Source of the DNA: Eledone cirrhosa
Lineage: Eukaryota
Length of the DNA: 64,000 nucleotides
Assembly: GCA_964016885.1 (NCBI GenBank)
Contig: OZ024743.1
Span: 326,306,001-326,370,000, forward strand
Direction: 5' to 3'
Shown here one piece after another: positions 13,131-27,350 of the stretch. A model generated the notes under the pieces. It was not told where the DNA came from. It saw only the letters and a program-made list of their open reading frames with translations, and made no database searches. How positions within the stretch are numbered: position 1 is the stretch's first letter; every line of letters starts with the position of its first letter. The position numbers were made by a program, and so were the translations under genes.

Positions 13131-15172
13131 TATTTATATCTTATCTGTAAACACCTGGGCACGTGCCGTAACTTTGTTTCCCTCCGTTCGTGTTGGACTT
13201 CCGACAACTAATGTTCCAGTTATTCGAACATTGCTAGCGGCGTGGACTAGAGCAACGTGAAATAAAGTGTCCTGACCAAGAGCACAACACATCGCCAGGA
13301 ATCGAACTCATGTCTTTACGATCGCGAACCCTAACCACTAAGCCACGCGCCTTCATATTGTTTTCTTCCATTGTATGAGTTTAGTTGCAGGCTGGCCATT
13401 TTATCTAAGTGTCCTGTGTTGTAGTGGTGGTGGAGAGAAGTATAACTCAAAAATGTATAACATTTCTGTTTGAATGTACTGGTTATATCATCCTGATACA
13501 AACGTGTGTGTGTACGAAAGGAACATGTAGCACACGGGAAATTTTTAGGGATTTTGTTTCGTTAGGAACAAGCAGTGGAACGTGTGGCAAGTTGCTTTAC
13601 TATAAATCTCTGCATGTTTTAAGACATCGAACGATATAGAGGCACATTTGAAAGCATATACGTTATGTTCTTGTATAATAAACATACACAAATCTTGCTA
13701 TGAGCCTTTTAAGCTGTGATCGTGACAGCTATCTCTGAATGTACAAATGTGTGTTTCTGGATACATATATATCTCCAGTGATATTTACAAACTTGATAAA
13801 GAAGCAAAATAACATTACTTATATAGTTCAAATCCCGCCGAGGTTAACTTTGCCTTTCATCCTCACGGAATCGATAAAATAAAGTACCAGTTACACACTG
13901 GGGTCGATTTAATCGACTTCCCCCTCCCCCAAATTGCTGACCTTGTGCGTATATAAGAAACCATTAATTAGCAGTAGAAGTAACATAGCGTATATGAAAG
14001 TATATACAATGTGTACAATAATCACAGGTAAGTCTCTCTCTGTGGGTATTTAAAGTTCTTAATTATACATAAATATATTCACCTCTATTGTGAATCACGC
14101 TGTGTTAGTACTATTGTTAATTATCGAATGTTGCGTTATCGTGTCCAGGAACTTTATCGATATTCAGTTGTTTGATTGTGTGTTCTGAATCGTATAGTGT
14201 AATTTCTGGACTTTGTAATGTTTTGTTGTGGTTTCAACGTCACAGAAACATAAAGCATAGCCGAATGGTCAAGAAGTTCACTGCATGACATCTTGGGTAA
14301 CTGTCATTTTCCATAGCCTCAGGTCGACCCCTTGTCTAATAAGTGAAATTAGGTGGACGGAAACAGTTTGAAATGGGCCGTACTTGAGGATTACGTTAAG
14401 GGTGCAGGTGTCTATGGAATTGTCAGACGTTAATATCATGAGCAGGCTGTTACGGTGGAGGTCCATTCCCAAATGAAATCTGACAAATGGCCTAACTAAC
14501 CGGCTTAGAATATTTTCTCATTTACCTTATGATGGAATTGTTGGGGGACATAAACCGAATAAAAACATTATATCTTATGTCCACAGTATGTTGAGAAACG
14601 AATGGCTTAAAGTAGTGCCAACCTTTAGAATCTACATATTTTGACTTTTTCTTATTTCTTTCACTCAATCTCCGTATGTTGAATGCAGACCTGTCAACTC
14701 TCCTACCCGACGCGGAGATCTCCCACCCACTTCGGGGTGGGAGGGAGATGTCTTCTCTTGTGAAAATGGGTATTGCTTTCATTATGTAAAATCTCCCCAT
14801 TTTGCCTCATTTCTCCCCGTTTGGGTTTTTCGAGGTTGACAGGGTCTGTGAATGGAAAATATATGGAATTGATCCAAGTGTTCCAGTTGTTCCATTAACG
14901 GAACATTCTGCTTATAAAATTAATGTGTAAGGGGATGAGTATTTCACAGACACGTGTTGACAAGGTTGGCCCCTTGAATTTCAGGTACAGTCCATTTGAA
15001 GGACTTCTAAACAATTTGCCCAATTTCACTGACAAAGGTATGGGTCAACCCGAGGCTATGATAAATGATACTTGTTCAAAATGCCATGTAGTGGGAGCGA
15101 ACCTCTTAACCATTCGTAAAGGGGTCATAAATAGGGATTATAAGTTCTATAAATTGATTTTCTTTATCCATC

Positions 15173-15521
15173 TTCTCGCGAGTCTCGAATAATCCCCCCC
15201 CCCCTACCTCTTATTCATTTTTCTTATTCCCACCACCCCCGCTTATTAAATTTTGCTAATCTAGCTCCGGCGAAATTTTATATTAAGTGGTAGCATTCCT
15301 GCGACAATTGATTTTCTTCATATACATTAAAACATTATACTTGACAAACAAAGTACATTACTATGTTATAAAATAAATAGGATGGGTTGGGGTCTCAATA
15401 TTTAAACTAAACAACTAATTCTGTTGTTTTTTTTAAATCAACGGAGACAACCGGAAAAAAAAAATCGATTTTCCACTACACCTCCACCCACCCCTCCCCT
15501 ATTATTTGGGACCCGAGAGTA
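15173..15521. mobile_element. Probable MITE with imperfect ~20-bp terminal inverted repeats
   Basis: Left ctcgcgagtctcgaataat vs reverse complement of right end ctctcgggtcccaaataat. Confidence 0.45.
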
Positions 15522-15740
15522 CTGATTGAGGATGGGTGTATGAGTGTTTAACTAAAAATAGCAGTCAAATGTTTCCAAATCACTACCTTACAATCTTAGT
15601 AAAAGGGAAGGACATATTACATAATATCGTAGTAGATGGCTATTCATACTTGAGTGTCATTTGTGGAATGTCATTGATAAGAGATCTTTTGAAATATAAT
15701 AATGAAATTATTATGTACAGTGCTCAAGTGCACTGCAACT

Positions 15741-16420
15741 CATCAAAGATGCATGTATAGTACATAGAATAATGTACAAATGTCAGGAAGATGAACAGTG
15801 TACCAGTCATGAAATGTGTGCGTGTGTATAGGGGGGGGGGGTATCAGGTGTAGTGTTGGCGAATCTCGGGAAGCATGGAGAGGTTTTAAAGGATGCAGTG
15901 TCTCGACAGCTGACAACTGATGCAGGTAGTTTGTTCCATGCTTCAGCAACTCTGAGCGTGAAAAAATGTTTCCGAAAGTCATGGGAGCTGTGCTGTTTTC
16001 TGACTTTGTAAGCATGCCCACGTGTGTTAGACATAGAAATCAAAAATGTGCTCAGGGTTGTTGTTGGCAAGATGGTTAATAACTTTGTGGGTGTTTACCA
16101 AGTCAATTGCCAGACGTCGGAGCTTCAATGTATACATGCCCAGGGAAGCAAGGCGTTCAGAGTATGGTAGATGCCTGATGGAGGGTATTCGCTTGGTTGC
16201 ACGTCTCTGAACAGTTTCCAGGCGGTCAATGTTCTAAGCAAGATAGGGGTTCCAGACTGGTGATGCAAATTCTAAGTGTGGCCGCACCATAGCTATATAC
16301 AACTTTAAATAGATTGCTGGAGAGCGGATGACAAAGGTCTTACTGAGTAATGCTAAGACACCCTCGGCCTTCTTGACAATTTTAGAGACGTTCTTCGTCC
16401 AACGCAAATCACTGCTGACA
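15741..16420 (-). mobile_element. 3' fragment of a CR1-clade LINE
   Basis: LYIAMVRPHLEFASPVWNPY and TRGHAYKV...FRKHFFTLRVAEAWNKLP, typical of the CR1 ORF2 C-terminus. Confidence 0.85.
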
Positions 16421-16999
16421 GTAATGGTTGATCTGGAGCTTAATAACACCAACAGATACATTGAGACTATTTTTCTGTCAAGTGGCCGTTTTTCTTAAAC
16501 CCTTTCATTACCACAGTTCTAATGAAATACACTGCCTGCTTTTCAAAAGATTTTGTAAATAATCCAGAATTTGGAGAGATTTAGTAATATAACTAACTTT
16601 CTCATTATTAATTTGGTGTTTGGGGTATAATAAAGATTTATATATGAAACGATGATGGAAGGATTTTAGATAAACAGCTTTATATCAATATTATTTGGTA
16701 TCAAAAGAGTTATTACTACACTATGTATAATTTCTTGTTTCATGGTTAGCAGATCTGTGTGTTTGAATCTGTCGGTCAGAATTTGCTAGATCAATGGGAT
16801 TACGCCCCTTCCAAAACGAAAGAAATCGGATCCTGTATAGTTTGTTCACCAACGTTCGTTAATTATTCTTATTTAAACATTTACTAGTTGCAAATATTTT
16901 TGAGCTACGCTTCAGTGAGGGTTTTAACTGATCTTTGTAGAGGATCAAATCAGAGCTTTGTAATTTTGTATGAATGTGTATGTGTGTATATGAGTGCGT

Positions 17000-17100
17000 A
17001 TGGCTTAGTGGTCAGAGCGTTGGGCTAGCAATCATGAGATTGTGAGTTCGATCACCGGGCGGTGCGTTGTGTTCTTGAACAAAACACTTTTTTTTCATGA
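17000..17100 (+). mobile_element. Head of a second tRNA-derived SINE family
   Basis: tggcttagtggtcagagcg (A box) ... gagttcgatcacc (B box). Related copies near 13250-13350 (-) and 62815-62930 (+). Confidence 0.6.
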
Positions 17101-17227
17101 GTTGCAACGCCATTTGTACCACGCTGTAGGGGAGACTGGCATGCATTGGCGACCGTTTGTCTTCCACAAACACACTTTGCCCAGGAGGAGAATTTTCTAA
17201 ATGAAAAACCATGACCGTAGGTGGCCT

Positions 17228-17264
<37 letters not shown>

Positions 17265-17319
17265 GTGAGGTTTTTTTTACAAAATGAAAAATAACCGAGG
17301 TGTCCTACACGAGTGGAAG

Positions 17320-17620
17320 TATAAAGAAAAAGAGATGAAATCGAAAATGCAACTGAAGTCTTATTTTTTTTTTAAATATATATATTTATTTGGTTCCTTT
17401 ACCGGTTTCGCAGTTCTTCTGCTTTTCAAAAGGTGAGTTGAGATGGAGGGTCTGTGGTTTTTCTCACATCTGTGAGAAAAACCACAGACCCTCCATCTCA
17501 ACTCACCTTTTGAAAAGCAGAAGAACTGCGAAACCGGTAAAGGAACCAAATAAATATATATATTTAAAAAAAAAATAAGACTTCAGTTGCATTTTTCGAT
17601 TTCATCTCTTTTTCTTTATA
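17320..17620. repeat. Near-perfect ~300-bp palindrome with a hammerhead in each arm
   Basis: Arms mirror around ~17469 (ttctcaca-tc-tgtgagaa); right end runs into (TA)n. Confidence 0.95.
17506..17543 (+). ncRNA. Minimal type I hammerhead ribozyme, U3:A8 core variant (mirror copy 17396-17433 on -)
   Basis: cctt-TTGAAAA-gcag(aagaa)ctgc-GAA-ACCGGT-A-aagg: stems I and II pair, stem III is palindromic, cleavage triplet GUA. Confidence 0.7.
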
Positions 17621-18674
17621 TATATATATATATACTTGGCATATGACTTCCTTAGACTCAGCAATAGGTTTTCTTCACACTTATGTTTGTCTGTTTCCCA
17701 ATTTGTGGTAACGGTGGTCGTCGTGAGTTATCGACATACTTAAGTAAAACGCTGAAAGTCAAAGCTAGAACTCAGCAAGTAAGTTAACAATGTATGAATG
17801 AGGAGAAAGAAACAGATAAAGAAAGTGAGCAACACGTGTTCAATCAACATACAGCAACAACACACGCCTGCTTTGATATCAAAATCCGCTCTCTCTATCG
17901 GCTACAACATATTTTGTCATACATTCTTTATATATCTTCCGTGTGTGTATATGTGTCGCATCTACTTCATATTTAGCCCATGAACAAAACGACGTCCATA
18001 CCATTTAAGGGCATCGTGTTTGTATTTTAACGGGCGCCAAGGGAAAAATCTGAGTAAGTTGTAGTTGGCGGTAACACTTGATGTCTCACCATTACCATGA
18101 CTGCAAACGTTATTTTTCCAAGCTCAAGAAAGCTAGATATAAGTTTGAAAGCAGAAGTAACGGAGAGATCCTGTTAACAAAATCACCATACAGTCTAAAT
18201 ACACAAATCTCCAATATCCAAATGGCTGAAGGGCACCCAGGAGTCATGACCTGATGCGGCCCGGCCCCCTTAGTGTGTAAGAAGTTAAGGGCCGAAAAAC
18301 TTGCTTAAGAGGGGTTTCTTACCACCATCTTCTTCATATCTTTCCCGTGTGTGTGCATATATACCACATCTTTGTATATAGCTCCATGTGTATATGTGCG
18401 TATGTCACATAAATAATAGTGACATTGGAAGCTGCAAGCAAAATATGCCCCGAAAAATGGACCTTCATTTGGAAGAAAGTCTTATAAAGCTATGACAAAG
18501 CAGTTACAAAGGAAGAATGAAAGTGAAGAACAAGAAAGAGTCCAAAAACACTTCCAGAAGAACCAACATATTTACAATTGTATTTCATTAGTGATATGAA
18601 AACCCATTCACAGACAAGATATGAAAAATGCGGGATCCGCATTTCTACAATATGCATTACTTTATATATATATA

Positions 18675-20180
18675 GACATAGTAAAAGGATTCTTGATAGA
18701 ATTATACCTGAAATTAGAAGTTTGGCCCCTCTTGCACTGTGGAACAATTCTTTCGCAGTGATTGATTGGTTCAACGGCATATGCAACAAGGAACATTGCC
18801 GTTTTATCCAATTCGACATCAATAATTACTACTCCTCCATCACTTTACCACTTCTCCTGAAAGCTATCAATTTCGCTAAAACACTCACAGTGGTTAAGGA
18901 TTTCGAAGTTGATGTCATCCTCAATGCCCGTAGGTCGGTGATTAATTTCGACGACTCTATTTGAATAAAAAAATCTAATAGTACCCCATTCGACGTGAGT
19001 ATGGGCGCCAGCGATTCTGCGGAGGTTACTGATCTTATCGGCCTTTTCCTTTTCTCTATCAAGGAAGAATTCCCCTACGTGGGCGGTGGTTTGTACCGTG
19101 ATGATGGTCTTGTGACCATGACTAAGTGCGGCCCACGTGCTTGCGACAGGTTCAGAAAAGAACTCACAGCCTTCTTTAAAGGCTTCAACCTCTCCATACA
19201 GGTTGAGGCCAACCTCTCGGTCATTAATTATCTCGACGTTACCCTCAATTTATCGAATGGCTTGCATTACCCGTATAGAAAGCCGAATGATATGCTTAAT
19301 TACATAAGTAAGCATTCTAACCATCCTGCCAGCATAACCAAGAACCTGGTAAGAAACGTTTCTTTGAGGCTTTCCCGTCTATCTACTAACGAGCATATTT
19401 TCAACGACCATTCCACATATTACAATGAAGCTCTTGCTCGGAGTGGATTTGTCGATAAGGTAGCTTTTACAGAGTACGAGAATAGGCCTAGAAGAAATAG
19501 ATCCCGATGCATTTTATGGTTTAACCCACCATATAATATGGAGGTGGCCACACCTACAGCTAAGATCTTTCTCTCCCTTATTACGAAGCATTTTCCCCTA
19601 CACAAATATAGTAAAATTTTTAATAGAAATACTATTAAAATTTCTTACTCTACGACTCCTAACCTTGTACATAACATCACAGCTTCAAATTTAGCTAAAT
19701 TACCTAGCCGTAGGAACACGTGCAACCCTGTAGTTAGTACTAACGGTAATTGTGGGAATCGGGTTGACCGCTCCCTATCCGGGAAATGCCTCTCTAGTAA
19801 CATTGTCTACAAATGTAAGGTTGAAACACCCACATAGGCCTACATAGGGTTAACCGGCGGTGGTATCCAAGCAGCGTCTTTACATGCATACCCATTCTTT
19901 TCGTTACCCTTTAAGAAGGAATGTGACGTCACTTTCAGCTTATATCTGGAGTCTAAAAGACAACCGCACCCAATATAAGTTACACTGAGAGATCCTAGTT
20001 AGCGCTAGATCGTATAACCGAAATAAAATACCTTGTGACCTCTGCGCCGCTGAGGCCCTGGAAATACTCTACGCCAAAGACCACATCTTAAACAAAAAAT
20101 CTGAGGCAATTTCGGCTTGTAAACATAAATTGCACAAAACTTTCCTGTATTACAGCCCCACATTATACCCTAACGGATAG
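18675..20180 (+). mobile_element. Decayed Penelope-like element (Naiad-like): RT plus GIY-YIG endonuclease
   Basis: FIQFDI..YYSSIT, FDVSMGA.D.AEV, GLYRDDGL, YLDVTLNL, WFNPPY, IVYKC..AYIGLT, CDLC..E, LNKKSE..SACKH. In-frame stops (~18962, 19835, ~19986) and a frameshift near 19860. Confidence 0.85.
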
Positions 20181-20657
20181 TACGAACTATACGCGGATAT
20201 TTTACGTCTTGATGTGGTAGCTAAGTATATGTTATGTTTATACCATTATTTATTTGTATAGGTAAGTATGTATTACCTGTATGTTTTGTGAAGGTACGTA
20301 TACTTTCTCGTACGTATATTTGATTGTATATGTTATGGCGTATATATTATATATTCTGGTACATATCCTTTGGTTGTGTGTATACTGGAGTTTTGCGTCT
20401 GTGTCTGTATACGGGTTCGTACGTATGTAGGGTGTGTGTATATGTGTACTTTGTGTTTTGGTTGACGTACGTCCCCGAACATATGTGTATTTACATGTAG
20501 GTATGTGTGTGCGCTTGGTATATACGTATTTATTTATATACGTTTATTTAATTATATGTATACACGCACACACACACACATATATATATATATTTTTACA
20601 TATATTTTTATGTGTATTTGGTGTATACATTCGTATGCGTATATTCGTATATATATA

Positions 20658-20714
20658 TTTTACTCTTTTACCTGTTTCAGCCATCCGGCAGAGACCATGC
20701 TGGGGCACCGCCCT

Positions 20715-20715
<1 letters not shown>
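20658..20715 (-). mobile_element. Short 3' tip of the CR1-like family at 55325-57460
   Basis: Reverse complement matches gggcggtgccccagcatgg..ccggatggctgaaacaggtaaaagagtaaaa at ~57400-57455. Confidence 0.8.
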
Positions 20716-20744
<29 letters not shown>

Positions 20745-20749
<5 letters not shown>

Positions 20750-21071
20750 TTCAAAATATTAACAAATATAGACATTCGTGTGGTCAAGTATATTTTATTA
20801 TACATATTTCAGAGGTACTGAGCTATCTTCAACACTACATCCTCATCAGATAAAATAAGATGATGCTTGACATACCTTGACTATGTAGATGGTTAAAATT
20901 CAGTCAATGGCAGTCATTTTAACCATCTACATAGTCAAGGTATTTCAAGCATCATCTTATTTTAATCTGATGAGGACGTACTGTTGAAGATAGCTCGGTA
21001 CCTCTGAAATATGTATAATAAAATATACTTGATCACGCGAATGTCTATATTTGTTAATATTTTGAATTAAT
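20745..21071. repeat. ~155-bp inverted repeat with a hammerhead-like fold in each arm (20791-20857 -, 20958-21025 +)
   Basis: tattttat-CTGATGA-gga..gtac..gtac.tct-GAA-ATAtgTAT-A-ataaaata; 16-nt spacer at 20900-20915. Confidence 0.75.
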
Positions 21072-21158
21072 AATAACTCCGGAAAACCATTTTTGTGGAG
21101 TGCTTTCAATCTATTGTAAAACTTTATTCATTGATTTATTCATTGGACCTTGTTTAAC

Positions 21159-21197
<39 letters not shown>

Positions 21198-21242
21198 CAT
21201 ATATATATATATACTTATATATATATATACTTATATATATAT

Positions 21243-21773
21243 AATGAAACGAAATTTCATTTCTCACTCTTAGTACGGCACTTAATTAAATGTAAGTATG
21301 TATGTATGTATACGTACATACATATATGTATACAGACGTACAGTAGTATGTATATATATACATACATGCACACATATATATATGCACGTATCGGTTTACC
21401 GAACATTTATTATAATGCTCGGTTTGTTTGTTTGTAAACAAACAAACAGCCCGAATTACGCCGTACAGTGTTTAGGCAACCACGTCACCCTTTTGTTCAA
21501 CACTGACACAGGAACGATCTACTAGTTTCAAGATAATTAGCTATCGTCAGCATCGTATACCTTCCTGCCAGATGGTTGATCGTCTGAAAGTATATACTTT
21601 CCTTATGCATATTAATGGCTAAGCAGCCTGGCTGTTTGTTTGTTTACAAACAAACAAGCCGAACATTATATTAAATGTTCGGTAAACCGATACGTGCATA
21701 TATATATGTGTGCATGTATGTATATATATACATACTACTGTAGTCTGTATACATATATGTATGTATGTATACA

Positions 21774-21775
<2 letters not shown>
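21243..21775 (-). mobile_element. Diverged partial monomer of the 464-bp retrozyme family with an inverted segment from ~21630
   Basis: Clear similarity to the 28046 unit. Hammerhead at 21514-21556 (-): acgatg-CTGACGA-tagctaattatctt-GAAACTAGTA-gatcgt, with stem mismatches. Confidence 0.85.
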
Positions 21776-21839
<64 letters not shown>

Positions 21840-21945
21840 GAAAGTGAACAACACACAATATATTATCCCGTTATTTTTCTAACCTCACTTCCAATTTTTT
21901 TAACAGATTTTAAATTTAATTTTATATCTTTTATCTATAACATCT

Positions 21946-22011
21946 CTATCTGACGAACGATCCAGACGTATATATTATTATCGGCTGTGATCTAGAAACC
22001 TTTGGTAATGG
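21946..22011 (+). ncRNA. Type I hammerhead-like fold in a short element with inverted ends (~21834-22046)
   Basis: ctat-CTGACGA-..gatc...gatc..-GAA-ACCtttGGT-A-atgg; ends taattagaaagtgaa / ttcactttctaatta. Confidence 0.55.
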
Positions 22012-22105
22012 ATTAGTTATATTTTGTGTTATTCACTTTCTAATTAAATACCTCTGTTCTATACATAGAGCACTCTTTTTTCCTTTGCCTTTCCTTTGGA
22101 ATTAC

Positions 22106-22189
<84 letters not shown>

Positions 22190-22323
22190 TATATATATAT
22201 ACATATATACATATATAAATATATATATATATATATATACATATATACATATATTATGAAGAGAGAAGAAACATTTAGATATAATTAGTAATAAAATGTA
22301 TCATACCTAAACTGCTCCTAGAG

Positions 22324-22413
22324 TCCTCGACTACGTAGTTTCGTGGCATAAACAAAAACAATACATCATAAAGATATAGAGTCCTTGCGAGGTCTGCCGA
22401 CTTATCAAGAGGA
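22324..22413 (-). ncRNA. Type I hammerhead, U3:A8 variant with a long stem II insert
   Basis: Minus strand: tcctc-TTGATAA-gtcggca...tgccac-GAA-ACTACGTAGT-C-gagga; palindromic stem III, triplet GUC. Confidence 0.65.
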
Positions 22414-22980
22414 TACCTCATTTTACTAGTCTCAAGAACGCGTCTACACGACGTGAGAAAGAATCCCAAAAGGCGGAGGGGGAGATAGTCACGCGATATA
22501 ACGGTCGAGAAACACACACACATACACATATATATATATGAAAAGATTCAGGACAGCTGAATCTTTTCATATTACCCACTCTACCCCAAGTATCGAGTAC
22601 TCTGGTGGGTTATGGTCTAGCTGGTTTTTACCACACCCTATCTGATATATATGTATATACCTTTATTGTTGAGTTGATAGACGTTATATATATATTTGCT
22701 ATGTCTAGCAGTGTTTATACTCGTCTCTGCCCTGTGTACAAATATTCACTTATTTGCTTGATCTGCGATGCGTGAAAATCTACACTATGTGAGAACGGCA
22801 ATGGACGGTTCTTCCATCCACTAACAGATGAATATTCATTTATACCTTCAAAGAAGCCGTCTGATTGGCGAGATTAAAAGTAGAAGGGGTTTATCTTGGA
22901 CTGCTCTGCTATGAATCTCCCAGAGTTAACCTTCTTTCGCTCACTATATATATATATATACTCACTATATATATATATAC

Positions 22981-23203
22981 ACCACTGCAAAGTGGTCGTG
23001 GAGGTGCCACGGCAAAAAAGCACCCAGCACTCACTGTAAATGAGGTTGGTGTTAGGAAGGGCATCCAGCTAGAAATCAAGCCAAAATCAGTTCCTGTATG
23101 AGCAAGGCATGGTCAGCCGACCAGACACTGCTCACAACAGGACAACCCGTCTAACCCATGCTAGCATGGAAGAACGGACTTAAAACGGTGATGATGATGA
23201 TGA
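22981..23203 (+). mobile_element. SINE-like fragment with (GAT)n tail; second copy at 25421-25691
   Basis: ccactgcaaagtggtcgtggaggtgccacgg...ccgtctaacccatgctagc..ggaagaacggac..(gat)n in both copies. Confidence 0.75.
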
Positions 23204-23381
23204 TATATATATATATATATATATGATCGTTTTAGAAGCCTCTACAATGTAAATGGATAAACCTCTGGGTAACAAAAGCAGGTGGCAATAGGAAGAAAGA
23301 GGGCAGGAGGAAGAGAAATGTAAAATGAAATGAAAACCAGAGATGAGGTTACCTTGGAATATATTTATTCGGTAATATAAT

Positions 23382-23690
23382 ATAGAGAGTCTATGGTACT
23401 GAGACCGACGAGACTACTAATCATGAGAGAGCTCAATGCATGAGATGTACAGTTGGTATAGAGATATGTAAAATCCCGACCGCGGTGCCAAGCAGTTTCG
23501 GCTTGTGTGTTCTGCAAGCCTTTCCAAGAGTGTGGACTATACACTCGAAAAGGCTTGCTGAATACAAGACGAAACCGTTTGGTGCCGCAGTTGGGATTTT
23601 ACATATCTCTATACACACTGTACATCTCGTGCATTGAGCTCTCCCATGATTAATGGTCTCGTCGGTCTCAGTACCATAGACTCTCTCTCT
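23382..23690. repeat. Imperfect ~150-bp inverted repeat (fold-back insert)
   Basis: agagagtctatggtactgagaccgacgagac... mirrored by ...gtctcgtcggtctcagtaccatagactctct; centre ~23535. Confidence 0.85.
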
Positions 23691-23702
23691 CTCTCTCTCT
23701 CT

Positions 23703-23763
<61 letters not shown>

Positions 23764-23766
<3 letters not shown>

Positions 23767-25400
23767 GAAGACGGGGAAGGCAATCGGTCCATCGGATATA
23801 GCTGCCGAGATGCTGAAGGCATCTGGGTCGGTAGGTCACACGATAACCACACGTATTGTTAACCAGGTAATACTAGAAGGTGTCATACCAAAAGATTGGC
23901 GCAGCAGCATCATTGTCAACTACTAAAAGGGTAAAGGTGATGCACTAGATAGAGGGAACTATAGCGGTATAAAGCTGATGGACCAGATCATGAAAGTAAC
24001 GGAAAGAGTTATAGCACAGTTGATTAGGGACCGGGTAAAACTAGATGAGATGCAATTTGGGTTTGTACCAAGAAAAGGCACCACTGATGCCCTCTTCCTT
24101 GTGAGGGAGTTACAGGAAAAGTACCTAGCTAAACGTAAGCCGCTCTACCTGGCATTCGTCGATCTGGAAAAAGCCTTCGACAGAGTCCCCCTTGCTATAA
24201 TCTGGTGGGCTCTTAGAAACTAGGAGTAGATGAATGGCTTGTGAAAGCTGCACAAGCAATGTATAGAGGAGCAGTCAGCAAAGTTAGGGTTAGCAATGAC
24301 TATAGCGAGGAATTTAGCATACAGGTTGGTGTCCACCAGGGCTCTGTTCTTAGCCCTCTCCTGTTCTTCATAGTCCTGCAGGCAATAACGGAGGAGTTTA
24401 AGACCGGATGCCCATGGGAAATCCTGTATGCAGATGACCTCGCACTCATAGCTGAATCTATGGTAGAATTAGAGAAGAAATTCCAAACTTGGAAGCAGGG
24501 ACTAGAAAGAAAGGGTCTCAAAGTCAACATGACAAAGACTAAGGTCCTTGTAAGTAGATGAGAAAACAGAACCCAGATCCCCTCAGGGAAATGGCCTTGC
24601 TCAGTATGTAGGAAAGGTGTAGGTAGGAACTCCATCCTCTGCCCCAAATGCAAACAATGAGTACACGAGAGATGTAGTGGGATCTCAGGAAGCTTAACTA
24701 AGAATGTAGGCTTCACATGTAGCAGCTGTGTTGGGACAGCAAGCAGCAAACGACCACAGGAAACAAGCACCACCAAACTCTGGGAGGGCTCTGTAGAAAC
24801 AGTAGAGAGCTTCTGCTACCTAGGTGACCGAATTAGCAGCGGAGGTGGGTGTTCGGAAAGTACAATAACTAGGGTAAGAACGAGATGGAAGAAGTTCAGG
24901 GAGCTACTGCCACTGCTAGTTGCAAAAGGCTTTTCCCTCAAAATGAAAGGCAGACTGTATGATGCGTGTATACGAACAGCAATATTACATTGTAGTGAGA
25001 CCTGGGAGCTGTCTGTAGAGGACTTGCGTAGATTAGAAAGAAACGAAGCTTGCATGCTCCGATGGATGTGTAATAGTAATATACGCGAACGTCAACGCAT
25101 AAACGAATTGAGAGAGAGACTGAGCATAAGATGAATCAAATGCTGTGTGTAGGAGAGGAGGCTGCGTTGGTATGGACATGTTACGCGTATGAAGGATGAC
25201 AGCTGCATAAAAAGGTGCAGAGCACTAGAAGTCGATGGAACCCGCGGAGTGGGGAGACCCAAGAAGACCTGGGATGAGGTGATAAAAACCGACCTTACCC
25301 AATTGCACCTCTCAAGGGCGATGACACACAACCCTGACTTCTGGCGTCACGCTGTAATACAGAAGACCCGACTTCCCGCGGGTACAAGCCGAAGCTGAAG
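23764..25400 (+). mobile_element. 5'-truncated RTE-clade LINE (RT pseudogene with Cys-rich insert)
   Basis: QFGFVPRKGTTDA, FVDLEKAFDRVP, GVHQGSVLSPLLF, LYADDL, KWPCSVCRKGVGRNSILC, RRLRWYGHV.R; several in-frame stops. Confidence 0.9.
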
Positions 25401-25712
25401 CATATAGACAATATGCCCTCCCCACTGCAAAGTGGTCGTGGAGGTGCCACGGAAAAAAACCCACCCAGCCCACACTGTAAAGTAGACGTGTAGGCGCCAC
25501 AGAAAAAAGCACCCAGCACTCACTGTAAATAAGGTTGGTGTTAGGAAGGGCATCCAGCTGTAGAAATCAAGTCAGAATCAGTTCCCGTATGGGCAAGACA
25601 AGGTCAGCCGACTGGACACTGCCCACAACAGGACAACCCGTCTAACCCATGCTAGCGTGGAAGAACGGACGTAAAATGGTGATGATGATGATATATATAT
25701 ATTTTATATATA

Positions 25713-26450
<738 letters not shown>

Positions 26451-26980
26451 TATATATATATATATATATATATGTCTCTGTCTGTCTGTCTCTGTGTCTG
26501 TGTGTGTTGACGTAGCGTAGTCGAATAGTTAAGAGTTCCGGTTTGCAATCGTTTGGTGCTGGGTTCAGTTTGACAGCGTTGAATCTTGAGCAAGTGTCGG
26601 CCCAAACTTGTTGAGTGAAATTGGGTAAAACGGAAACTGGTTGGAGGTGAGGGCTGCTTTGTTATACAGTATGTCACGCTGGATCTACCTGTGAATTATG
26701 TTAATGGTACGTTCATTTTACGAGCAGGCTGTTCCGTTGGCCAAATAACTGGAACATTCATTGTCAGGACCCAGGGAGGTCATACAACAAGCTTCAATTC
26801 AAGGTAGACATGTACGTAATCTCACACAATAAAAAACAGGAAAAAAAAAATCAAAAGAAAACTAAAGCATATGTGTTTAGAAGACGGCGAGTGAAATTTG
26901 AAAATTGAAATAGAAGCTTTCACCGTATTTGTTTTTTTTTTCTTTCTTTTTTTGCAACTACAGAAAACAGTCTAATAATT

Positions 26981-27350
26981 GTTTCTACTTTTTGGCACAA
27001 GGCCAGCAATTATCCAGTGTATTACTGGTACCTTATTTTATCGACCCCGTAAGGATGAAAGGCAAAGTTAACCTCGGCGGGATTTGAACTCAGTCTGTAA
27101 AGGGACGTAACTGTGCTACAAAGCATGGCGTCCGACCCTCTACCGATACTGCCAATCCACCGCTAATAATGTTTTCTGAGTGAGGCACAGGGCCAACAAT
27201 TTTTTGGAGGGCGGGGGGAGTCGACCCAGTGGGTAACTGGTATTTTATTTTATCGACCCTGTATGGATGAAAGACAGCTAACCGCGGCGGGATTTGAACT
27301 CAGATCGTAAAGGGGAATAACCCTATGCCATAAAGCATGTTGTCCAACGC
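26981..27350 (-). mobile_element. Two tandem SINE copies (main family)
   Basis: Same A/B boxes and core as 2113-2293. Confidence 0.75.

Noticed and set aside
12719-17100. tRNA genes suggested by A/B boxes
   Set aside because: They are SINE heads without a full cloverleaf and continue into repeat bodies.
18245-18310. Possible hammerhead ctgatgc-ggccc...gggcc-gaaa upstream of the Naiad-like PLE
   Set aside because: A9 is missing and I found no convincing stem I or III; at most a relic.
18962-19990. In-frame TGA codons as selenocysteine in the Naiad-like PLE
   Set aside because: They fall where Trp is expected (W-x-KK, W-x-I), and the copy also has a TAG and a frameshift. Decay is the simpler explanation.
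23490-23590. Hammerhead in the 23382-23690 inverted repeat
   Set aside because: Only a stem II plus GAAA is visible; the core and stem I are not supported.
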